Assembly (NCBI GenBank): GCA_044376115.1
Contig: JBILLK010000017.1
Coordinates: 32,001 to 96,000, forward strand
Direction of reading: 5' to 3'
DNA length: 64,000 nt
Source of the DNA: Polyangiaceae bacterium
Lineage (GTDB): Bacteria; Myxococcota_A; Polyangia; Polyangiales; Polyangiaceae
The translations under genes and the position numbers were made by a program. Numbering within the stretch: position 1 is the stretch's first letter; each line of letters starts with the position of its first letter. Below are positions 48,885-56,947 of this stretch, piece by piece. The notes under the pieces were generated by a model. It did not search any database. It had not been told where the DNA came from and saw only the letters and a program-made list of their open reading frames with translations.

Positions 48885-49883
48885 ATGCGCTTCGGATCGC
48901 GCGATCGTCTAGCTATTGTGAAGCAGCTGGTCCCCTTGATGCTCGGCGCTCTCGCCGCGTGTGGGCACTCCCCACCGGTAGTTCCAAAGCAAGACGCATC
49001 ATCGGCGGCGATTGCCCCAACCAGTGCGATCACGGCCAAGCCTGCGGTACCAACCTCCAGCGCGATTGAGTCGCTCACGCAGACTCCCGAGGATGACCTC
49101 TTTCCGCGCGTCTCACAGAACGGCCTGATCGTGTTTCAGCGCGAGACGCTCGACGCGGAGCTTAACAATGCCGCCGTCTTTGGCCTCTCGTCGGAGGAGC
49201 CAGTGCGGCAACTGAGTCCGACTGGCAAAGTTGCAACCGCGCCCGCGCTGTCACCAGACGGCTCTACGATCGTCTTTGTTTCAAACGCGCTCGGACCGTT
49301 GGCGCTCCTTAAGACGACTCTGGCCCCAGGCGCGCCGCTGAGCGTCGTTATATCCAGTGACCGCGCCCCCGAGCTCGGCGAGCCCGCGCTCTCGCCCGAC
49401 GGCAGGCTGCTCGCGTTCTCCATGAAAGGCCCTTCGGGAGTGAGAACCCTAGCCACCATCGGGATCGACGGCAGCAAGCTTACGCCCCTGTTTCCTGGAC
49501 GGTCACCAGCGTTTCGACCCGATGGCAAGGCGCTTGTCTTCGTTGCGAGCAAAGGTGGCTACAATCACGTATTCGAGCGCGAGTTTGGCGAGGGTGCCGC
49601 GGAACGGGCGCTGACAGCCGGCGAGTTCGACTGTGATCACCCCTCGTACTCGCCGGATGGACAAGCCATCGTCTTCTCCGCCAACCTCGGCTTCCAGGAG
49701 TTCGGCGCACCTCGCGAGAGCTTTCTGCGCATCTTTACCCAACGCGTTGGGCAAGCCCCGGTCGCCCTGACACCGAATAATGCGAGGTCGGGTACACCTT
49801 ATTGGGCGGCCGATGGACATATCTACTTCTCATCCACCGTTGGCTCGCACTTCGACCTCGCCCGCGTGCGTCCCCCTGGTTGA
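48885..49883 (+). CDS. TolB-like/PD40 beta-propeller lipoprotein
   Basis: ALAAC lipobox; repeated PALSPDG/PAFRPDG/PSYSPDG. Confidence 0.85.
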   Translation: MRFGSRDRLAIVKQLVPLMLGALAACGHSPPVVPKQDASSAAIAPTSAITAKPAVPTSSAIESLTQTPEDDLFPRVSQNGLIVFQRETLDAELNNAAVFGLSSEEPVRQLSPTGKVATAPALSPDGSTIVFVSNALGPLALLKTTLAPGAPLSVVISSDRAPELGEPALSPDGRLLAFSMKGPSGVRTLATIGIDGSKLTPLFPGRSPAFRPDGKALVFVASKGGYNHVFEREFGEGAAERALTAGEFDCDHPSYSPDGQAIVFSANLGFQEFGAPRESFLRIFTQRVGQAPVALTPNNARSGTPYWAADGHIYFSSTVGSHFDLARVRPPG

Positions 49884-49885
49884 GG

Positions 49886-50623
49886 CTACGGCATCGGCCA
49901 AGGCCCATACACGGCAACGTCAACGCCTGGCGAGTAGTGCAGCAAGTCAGGTAGGGTCGTAACGGCCGGGAGCCCTGCGGCAGCGACCAAACCACACTGC
50001 AGCCTAGCGACGCTCGCCGCTTGAACAGGGTAAGGCTCGTGATGCACTTGGCCCTTATGAACAAGCCCTTTCTTGAGACTAAATAGGAGGTAGCGCTCCA
50101 AAAGAAAGAACTCGAGGCTACCTGGCACCGAGGGACCGAGCGGCTCGCCTACTGCATAGTCGACCAAGAGGTTCGCGTCACGGTTACTAAGCCGGTGAGA
50201 GGTGTAGCTCACCAGACCATCTCGAGCGGTGTAATTCATATCGGCGTAGTGATAGGGCAGCCCCCAGCCCCAACGCGCAGCTTGTACCGCCAGGCGAGAA
50301 GAGGCCTCTAACGAGAAGAAGTAGACGCCTGGCTCACCTTTATAATGAACATAGGTACGCAAGTTGGTCTCGAGAAAATCCATGCCGAGCGGCTCTGGCA
50401 TCCAAGCGAGCCGAATGTCATGCATACTAAAGGGGACGACACCGCAAAGCGCTTTACCCTCCCAAAGGTCGAGTTCTAGTTCTTCCGGCACGACCCTTCG
50501 CATCTCGTCAGGGGCGATAAACCAGTGAGCAAAGAGCAAGTTCTTCCACGTCTGAAAGCCTGAAGGAGAGGCCGATTGTGGCTTTCTGGTGGGAGCAATC
50601 CGATCGAGTTGGGCACTAGCCAT
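49886..50623 (-). CDS. YqjF/DUF2071 family protein
   Basis: QTWKNLLFAHW, FLETNLRTYV, GVYFFSLEA, FLLERY, HHEPY. Confidence 0.9.
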   Translation of the reverse strand: MASAQLDRIAPTRKPQSASPSGFQTWKNLLFAHWFIAPDEMRRVVPEELELDLWEGKALCGVVPFSMHDIRLAWMPEPLGMDFLETNLRTYVHYKGEPGVYFFSLEASSRLAVQAARWGWGLPYHYADMNYTARDGLVSYTSHRLSNRDANLLVDYAVGEPLGPSVPGSLEFFLLERYLLFSLKKGLVHKGQVHHEPYPVQAASVARLQCGLVAAAGLPAVTTLPDLLHYSPGVDVAVYGPWPMP

Positions 50624-50733
50624 CGGAAGATAAATAGCGGAGTTCTACCGAAGGTGGATGAAGCAAACAGACCCGGAGCGGGCGGCATCCATGCAATGGA
50701 CAGACCCCACGGTGGTCTACAGGCGTGAAACGC

Positions 50734-51279
50734 TCAGCTTTGGCTTGCATCGAGCCCACGCGCATTCTCCGCGGGCGACACGATCCAGTCGTCAATCGCT
50801 CGCCGCAACTGGCGAACATCCTCGAGCGCCTCCCCGAGATACAGCTCACTGCTTTGTCGCAAAGCTGGCTCCAAACTTGGCTCCCACGCCAGGGCCGCAT
50901 GGCGCCAGAACATTGAACGTTGGTCGGCGGGGACCTTGGACTCGATTCGCTGAACGGCAAGCTGCAGCTCCTGCACGCGCGCGTCGGCCTGCTCCCTACT
51001 GATCGTGCCCTCCACAAAGCCGTTGAGCGTCTTGCAACTAAACTTGCGACAGGCGCCTGGCCTACCGTCGTAATCAGAGCAACGTCGTTCGCTGAGCATC
51101 GCACAAGGATGCGGGAAGGCAGGCCCTCGGGGAGTCTCAACCACCGGCAGCCGGTGCCGGGTCGCCCAGGCGACCTCCGCCTCGGTACGAAGCAGCACCC
51201 CGCTCAAAACGACCCCCGAGCAACAAAGTCCACAGCTCGTGCACAGATGAGAGGCAGACTCTTCAGCGGGGAGGGTCAC
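50734..51279 (-). CDS. YkgJ family cysteine-cluster protein
   Basis: CTSCGLCC, PCAML..RCSDYDGRPGACRKFSC. Confidence 0.85.
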   Translation of the reverse strand: MTLPAEESASHLCTSCGLCCSGVVLSGVLLRTEAEVAWATRHRLPVVETPRGPAFPHPCAMLSERRCSDYDGRPGACRKFSCKTLNGFVEGTISREQADARVQELQLAVQRIESKVPADQRSMFWRHAALAWEPSLEPALRQSSELYLGEALEDVRQLRRAIDDWIVSPAENARGLDASQS

Positions 51280-51294
51280 CGCACGAGTATAGAG

Positions 51295-52209
51295 TTAGAA
51301 CACTATTTCGGACCGAGGATTTGGTACCGCGTCACGCAGCACCTCCATGGCTTTCTTTACCTCCTCATCCTCGGAGGTCGGAATCTGTACGAGGAACTTC
51401 ACATACAGGTCCCCGGCTGGCTTGCCTTTGCGTTGTACGCCTTTGCCCCGTAGTCGCGAAAGCTGACCGGACTGAGTCTTTGGAGGAACCTTCAGCGTTA
51501 CCTCTCCCTCCGGAGTCGGCACCCTAACTTTTGCGCCCTCATAGGCTTCAATCAGGGTCAACGGCAAGTCGAGGTGCAAATCGTCCCCCTCCCGGCGAAA
51601 GAACGGGTGCGGATTGACGTGCACGGTAAGCAGCAGGTCCCCAGGCTGAGCAAAGCCCACGGCGGCCGCTTGCCCCGGGATACGAAGTTTGCTGCCCTCA
51701 TCCACGCCTCCAGGAATTCGGACGGTGACAACCTCGCCGGTGTCTCGACGCAGCTCCACGGTGGTCCCGCGAATCGAGGAGACAAACTCAATTCGTACGG
51801 AGGCCTCGATGTCTGGCGCCTTTCTCGCGCGTCGACGACTACCGCCGCCAAACACGTCGCCGAACATGTCACCAAAGTCTGCAGAGCCGCCGCCGCCAAA
51901 CATGTCCTGAAAATTGACTGGCCCGCCGCCTGCGCGGCCGCCGCGCCCAAAGTTGCGCATCATCCGTGCGCGCTCCGGGTCGAACCCTTGCCGCAAGCTG
52001 TCTTCTCCGAACTCGTCGAACAAGGCGCGCTTGTCCTTATCCGACAGCACCTCGTTGGCGGCGTTGATCTCCTTGAACTTCGCCTCGCTGTCCTTGCCGG
52101 GGTTCTTGTCCGGATGGTACTTGGCCGCGAGCTTGCGAAACGCTTTGCGGATTGTGTCCTCGTCCGCGTTCCGCGGGACACCCAACACTTCATAAGGGGA
52201 TTGAGCCAT
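51295..52209 (-). CDS. DnaJ-class co-chaperone without Zn finger (CbpA-like)
   Basis: J domain YEVLGV..KYHPDKN; G/F-rich region; C-terminal domain HPFFRREGDDL. Confidence 0.93.
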   Translation of the reverse strand: MAQSPYEVLGVPRNADEDTIRKAFRKLAAKYHPDKNPGKDSEAKFKEINAANEVLSDKDKRALFDEFGEDSLRQGFDPERARMMRNFGRGGRAGGGPVNFQDMFGGGGSADFGDMFGDVFGGGSRRRARKAPDIEASVRIEFVSSIRGTTVELRRDTGEVVTVRIPGGVDEGSKLRIPGQAAAVGFAQPGDLLLTVHVNPHPFFRREGDDLHLDLPLTLIEAYEGAKVRVPTPEGEVTLKVPPKTQSGQLSRLRGKGVQRKGKPAGDLYVKFLVQIPTSEDEEVKKAMEVLRDAVPNPRSEIVF

Positions 52210-52300
52210 GAACAGGCCGCAAGCTAAGGCGTCTTTCGTCGAACGCAAAGGCCCACCGTGACGTCTTGTTGAGTCGGCTGTGCGCGGGTACACGTTTGGG

Positions 52301-53326
52301 ATGGAAGAGCAGGTGTTGGAGGGTCCTCCAAGTCGTCGTCGCGAGCCCCACGGGCCCGGCCTTCCTCAGGCGCCGTTTCTGGTGGCCTTCCGATTCGAGC
52401 CCAAGGCAGAGCGTCGCTTGGAACTCGATGAACTGCGAGGGGCGCTCACCGGCGACTCGTTTGTTTGGCTTGACCTCGATGCGCGACACCCCGGCACTGC
52501 AGGCGTACTGAAGGAGTTAGCGCTCGACAGCGACATTCTTGAGGACGCCGAAGGGGGTGAGCCAGCTACCCAAGTCTCACGCTACGAGCACTCGCTTCAC
52601 CTAGCGCTTACCGCGTGCAGAATGCAGGCAGAAAACTTTCACCTCGATCGGGTTGACGTTGTTGTAGCGCAGAACTTTCTTCTGACACTCCACCGTAGCT
52701 CTCCCCACTTCATCCGCCTCACGAAGCGGAACTATCGGAACGACTTTCTGCGTTTCGCGAAAAGCCCTTCGTTCTTGCTCTACGAACTCTGGGATCACCT
52801 GCTGGAGGACTATCTCTCCGTTCAAAAGCTGTTTGAAGAGCGGGTTGAGCACGTTCAAGCTGAGCTGTCACAAGACGCCGAGGACGCGGTCTTCGGCAAG
52901 ATCTCAGCCCTTGGCTCGGACTTGTTGCACTTTCGCAAAGTGCTCCTGCCAGCGCGCAGCGTGCTAGCGGAGCTTTCCACACGAAAGTCGCCGTTCATCA
53001 GCGAGGCCACGCAACCCTTCCTGGGCAACATGATCGGCACGGTCGAACGCGTGCTGCAGGACTTGCTCGTCGACCGAGACATCCTCTCCGAGTCGCTCAA
53101 TCTCTACATGTCCTTCGTCGGCCACCGAACCAACCGCGTGATGAACCGGCTAACCGTCGTGTCGGTGATCTTTCTTCCGCTGACGTTTCTATGTGGAGTC
53201 TATGGGATGAATTTTGAGGTCCTACCCGAGACGAAGTGGGACCACGGCTATCTGTTCTTCTGGATTGTAGCTTTGGCAATCGCAATGTCTCTCGTTCTCT
53301 ACATGCGACAAAAAAGGCTCCTCTAG
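52301..53326 (+). CDS. corA: CorA family Mg2+/Co2+ transporter
   Basis: FLPLTFLCGVYGMNF (GMN signature) with two C-terminal TM helices. Confidence 0.9.
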   Translation: MEEQVLEGPPSRRREPHGPGLPQAPFLVAFRFEPKAERRLELDELRGALTGDSFVWLDLDARHPGTAGVLKELALDSDILEDAEGGEPATQVSRYEHSLHLALTACRMQAENFHLDRVDVVVAQNFLLTLHRSSPHFIRLTKRNYRNDFLRFAKSPSFLLYELWDHLLEDYLSVQKLFEERVEHVQAELSQDAEDAVFGKISALGSDLLHFRKVLLPARSVLAELSTRKSPFISEATQPFLGNMIGTVERVLQDLLVDRDILSESLNLYMSFVGHRTNRVMNRLTVVSVIFLPLTFLCGVYGMNFEVLPETKWDHGYLFFWIVALAIAMSLVLYMRQKRLL

Positions 53327-53334
53327 TGGGGCCC

Positions 53335-53380
53335 TTGACAAGAATGTGAATTGCGTTCACTATTGTGAACACAATTCACA
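53335..53380 (+). promoter_or_regulatory. Sigma70-type promoter overlapped by a double palindromic operator (probable TetR site)
   Basis: TTGACA 53335-53340, 17-bp spacer, CACTAT. Inverted repeat TGTGAATTGCGTTCAC-TATT-GTGAACACAATTCACA (53345-53380, 15 of 16 pairs). Confidence 0.8.
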
Positions 53381-54114
53381 TGTCTCTTCCTCACGATCGG
53401 ACAGCGGAACGGCGAGCGCTTCGGGTAGCCAATATCCTGGACCAAGCTCTCACCATCGTTGAGGCAGAGGGGCTCGAGGGCCTCACCCTCAATCGTCTTG
53501 CGCAGGCTTTGGGTTTGGTGACCACTGGGCTCTATCGCTACTTCCCGTCGAAGGACGCGCTCGTTGCCGCTCTGCAACGACGCAGCATCAACGTCATTCA
53601 CGCGCACTTCCGCGAGGAGCTATTTCGCTTTTCGGAGCAGGTCGCTGGCTCTACGCCTGCCACGGTCGCGCTCGCCACCCTCATCAAAGTGGCAGACCTT
53701 TACTTGGCTTTACCTGCAACCCACGTGCAAGAGTGGCGCTTCGTCGCCACACTTTTGGGCGACCCAAGGCAGCTCCTCCCAGCAGAGGAGATCGGGGAGA
53801 CAGTCCCCATCCTCACCAGCTTCTTGCTCGAAATTGAAGCGCTGTTCGAGCGGGCGACCATGCTTGAAGCGCTGGCGGAGGGTCCCCAGCGGCAACGCGT
53901 CTTCGCCTTCTGGGCCGCCCTCCATGGCGCACTTTGCATGGAGAAACTGCGTCGTGTCTCGACCTCGCCAGATGACGTCGGTGGGTTTGTCGTTCGCGCT
54001 CTGCTTTCATCTTGGGGCGCGACAACCGCTCGCCTCACTGCGGCCACTCGGCTTGCCACGGTGGTCAATCGCCCAGACCCATCTCGGGTCGTCGCTACGA
54101 AGGGAGTTCCGTGA
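53380..54114 (+). CDS. TetR/AcrR family transcriptional regulator
   Basis: ILDQALTIVEAEGLEGLTLNRLAQALGL..GLYRYFPSKDAL. Confidence 0.93.
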   Translation: MSLPHDRTAERRALRVANILDQALTIVEAEGLEGLTLNRLAQALGLVTTGLYRYFPSKDALVAALQRRSINVIHAHFREELFRFSEQVAGSTPATVALATLIKVADLYLALPATHVQEWRFVATLLGDPRQLLPAEEIGETVPILTSFLLEIEALFERATMLEALAEGPQRQRVFAFWAALHGALCMEKLRRVSTSPDDVGGFVVRALLSSWGATTARLTAATRLATVVNRPDPSRVVATKGVP

Positions 54115-54734
54115 TGTCGCTCGCATCCTTTTTAATTGGTGGGCTTGCATGGTCAGCAGGCGAATATGCGATTCACCGCTTCGTCGGACACGGTCCAAAG
54201 CGACAGGTGTCTCCCACACGATTGGGCAAGTTTACACTCAAGGGTATAGCTGCCGAATTCAACTCAGAGCATCTGGCTCACCACGCTGACCCACGCTACT
54301 TCGCGCCGACCTCACGCAAGCTTCGCGCAGCAGCTATTGGGGTTCCGCTGCTTGGAGCCCTCGCTGCTCCCTTCTTTGGAGTCCGACGCAGTACACACTT
54401 TGCGCTCGGATTTGGCCTTGTCTACGGGGGATATGAGGTCATCCACCGCCACATTCATACGCGACCTCCCGGCGGACGGTATGGCGCGTGGGTACGGCAT
54501 CACCACCTACTTCATCACCATAAGACGCCTCGCCATAACCATGGGGTTACGAGCCCGCTATGGGACATAGTGTGCTCGAGCTATACGCCGATTGAGGTTG
54601 TGCGGATACCGCGACACGCAGCGCCGAGTTGGCTACTCGATGAACAAGGAGAGGTGCAGCCCCAGTACCGAGCCCAATACGAGCTAGTAGGAAAGCGTGA
54701 ACAGACGGTCACACCCAAAACCGCTTCTACCTAG
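54114..54734 (+). CDS. Sterol desaturase/fatty acid hydroxylase family protein
   Basis: His boxes EYAIHRFVGH, HLAHH, YEVIHRHIH, HHLLHH; NHGVTSPLWD. Confidence 0.9.
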   Translation: MSLASFLIGGLAWSAGEYAIHRFVGHGPKRQVSPTRLGKFTLKGIAAEFNSEHLAHHADPRYFAPTSRKLRAAAIGVPLLGALAAPFFGVRRSTHFALGFGLVYGGYEVIHRHIHTRPPGGRYGAWVRHHHLLHHHKTPRHNHGVTSPLWDIVCSSYTPIEVVRIPRHAAPSWLLDEQGEVQPQYRAQYELVGKREQTVTPKTAST

Positions 54735-54749
54735 CCGGCATTCCACGCG

Positions 54750-55946
54750 TTGCTTACTACCGCTCAAGTTGACCTTCAGTTATCGCGCGCTGCTGCCTTG
54801 CTATCGGGCTCTCTCGACTTGCTTGCGCAACGGGTTTGGGATGGCGCAGCCGGGGACGCGCTCGCGCGACGTTCCTGGATAGAGCCACTGCTCGAGCTGA
54901 GTGACGTCGAGCTTGCGCAACTAGAGGAGCAAGGCACGGAAGCGCAGGCGATGCGCGCGCTACCGCAGTCGCTCGTGATGTTTGGCGCAAGCGCTCGAGA
55001 AGTATGCACAGTAGAAAAATTCTTCGGCGCCTCCACTGGTTTCAAGCCTAAACACGTCAAGCAACGAAAGGCCTCGCAAATTGAAGCCTTCCGCCGAGTG
55101 CTCGAGTCGGTGTTGCCGAACACCGAGCGGGTCATTGACGTGGGCTCCGGTCACGGGCACTTAACGCGAGAACTCGCATCAATACAGCCAAAGCCGGTGC
55201 TCGGGCTCGAAAGAAATCGCGCGCTCACGGACCGCGCCCGTTCGCTCAGTCAGCACCAAAACCTCAGCTTTCACACTGTCGATGTCCTTGGGACTGAGCT
55301 GAAGATCCACCCGGGGGATTGCCTTGTAGGGCTGCACGCTTGTGGAGAGCTTGGGGACCGCATTACCAAGTACGCGGCGACGTATGGGGCTAGCATGGCG
55401 CTCGTTGGATGCTGCCTTCAGAAGCAGCGAGCACCGGAACGCATTCCGCTTTGGGCGCCGCTCGCTCCCCTCGCCCTACCGCGCACGCTGCTTGGGCTCA
55501 GTAACCTCTCAGTTGCTGCGCAAGGCGTCGAGGCATCCCGCGCCGAAAATTTGGCAGCTCGTGAACGGCGAATTGCGCTGCATTGGCTTCTACAGAAATA
55601 CACCGGTTCGCTGAAGTTTGGCGCGGAGCTCGAGGGGCTCAATAGGAGAAGCGCACACGCGGAGCTAGAAAACTTGGTCGCGCTCGCTTTTGAGTTTCGC
55701 GGCCTCCGTTGTCCGTCGGTAGATGAGATCAACGATAGTGCGCTACTGGCCAAACGCATGCACGGCCGTGCACGACGCCTGGCGATTCCGAGGAGTTTTT
55801 TGGCGAGGGTACTCGAGATATTTGTGCTCTTGGACCGCGCCCGCTTCCTGTGCGACGGGGGCTTTCGTGTACAACTCGGGGAACTTTGGCACAGCGAGAT
55901 AAGTCCACGGAACCTTGTGCTATTGGCAACTCGCCCAGAGCCATGA
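54750..55946 (+). CDS. SAM-dependent methyltransferase (Methyltransf_32-like)
   Basis: RKASQI, VIDVGSGHGHL, GLHACGELGD, GCC, LLDRA, ISPRN. Confidence 0.85.
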   Translation: MLTTAQVDLQLSRAAALLSGSLDLLAQRVWDGAAGDALARRSWIEPLLELSDVELAQLEEQGTEAQAMRALPQSLVMFGASAREVCTVEKFFGASTGFKPKHVKQRKASQIEAFRRVLESVLPNTERVIDVGSGHGHLTRELASIQPKPVLGLERNRALTDRARSLSQHQNLSFHTVDVLGTELKIHPGDCLVGLHACGELGDRITKYAATYGASMALVGCCLQKQRAPERIPLWAPLAPLALPRTLLGLSNLSVAAQGVEASRAENLAARERRIALHWLLQKYTGSLKFGAELEGLNRRSAHAELENLVALAFEFRGLRCPSVDEINDSALLAKRMHGRARRLAIPRSFLARVLEIFVLLDRARFLCDGGFRVQLGELWHSEISPRNLVLLATRPEP

Positions 55947-55957
55947 GCGGAGTCTGA

Positions 55958-56947
55958 CTATCCTTGGCTCTCAGGCCCCAACGCGCACCGCACCGAGACC
56001 GGAGACCACCCGCGGGACCTCAAAACCCCCTGCCCGCGGGCAGCTCCTGCCGCCATCACTCCCAAGAGACCACGACCCAACGTGGCGGCCATCTCCATAC
56101 CGAGATCTACGTCATCTCCTATGAGGTCCAACAGATGATCTGTGGATCCCAAAAGACAAATCAGCGGTCCGTCGGCGTACGCAGAATACCAGCGAACCTG
56201 CGCGGCAAGCGTCTCGAGCCCCCCAACCGCCGTCCCTGGACCGTAGCGAAAACGACGCCCATCGGGCGTCGTGCAACGAACCCAACCGTCCAAAACAAAG
56301 TAGGTATGTTCGGCAGGCTGATTCGCGAGAAATAGCTCCTCCCCAAGCACGAACCGCTGCTCCCGCATCTCGCCAGCCATCGCAAACAATGTATTCAAGT
56401 TCATCGTTCGAAACGCAGAGAGCGCGCGCAGGCAATAAATGACTTCTACGAGATTCAGCGACATCTGCGGGACGACAAGGGGCAGCTTCTCCGAAGGCAG
56501 GCCTAGTGCTGACTCTGGCATCTCTCGCATTTGGCCAAGGAGTCGCTCCGCCGTATACCGGAGCGTCGAGATCAATAGCGGGTAGTGATCCTCCAGCAGG
56601 GCGAACAAGGCTTTCTGCGACAACTCAAGTGTTCGCAGAGGAGTTTCCGCAATGACATCGAAGGAGGACGCCTTCCTTGCTACGCAGTTGATGAAGCCGC
56701 TACTTTGAGGTGGTTGCAGCTCTCCTACCCGCTTGCCATCGAGAAAGAGCCCGACGCGCCCTTCGATGAGCAACGAAACAGCTCCAACGAGCTGGCCGCT
56801 AACTGCGAGCCGCGCCCCCGGCTCGAGCTCTCGCGCTACCAGTCGCGACGCCACCGCATGCACGACCGCTTGGGGCAGCTTCGCCGTAACCGGGATGCCT
56901 CGCAGGTAGAGGGCGCGCTCCGTTAGGTCAACCCAACGCCGAGTCAT
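55958..56947 (-). CDS. Tandem cyclic-nucleotide-binding domain protein
   Basis: Two cNMP-like repeats (LIEGRVGL..; ELFLANQPAEHTYFVLDGWV..GPGTAVGGLE); start overlaps the upstream stop. Confidence 0.78.
   Translation of the reverse strand: MTRRWVDLTERALYLRGIPVTAKLPQAVVHAVASRLVARELEPGARLAVSGQLVGAVSLLIEGRVGLFLDGKRVGELQPPQSSGFINCVARKASSFDVIAETPLRTLELSQKALFALLEDHYPLLISTLRYTAERLLGQMREMPESALGLPSEKLPLVVPQMSLNLVEVIYCLRALSAFRTMNLNTLFAMAGEMREQRFVLGEELFLANQPAEHTYFVLDGWVRCTTPDGRRFRYGPGTAVGGLETLAAQVRWYSAYADGPLICLLGSTDHLLDLIGDDVDLGMEMAATLGRGLLGVMAAGAARGQGVLRSRGWSPVSVRCALGPESQG

Noticed and set aside
51295..52209. DnaJ/CbpA as the co-chaperone of the Hsp70-like protein
   Set aside because: It lies 18 kb away among unrelated genes; there is no evidence of linkage.
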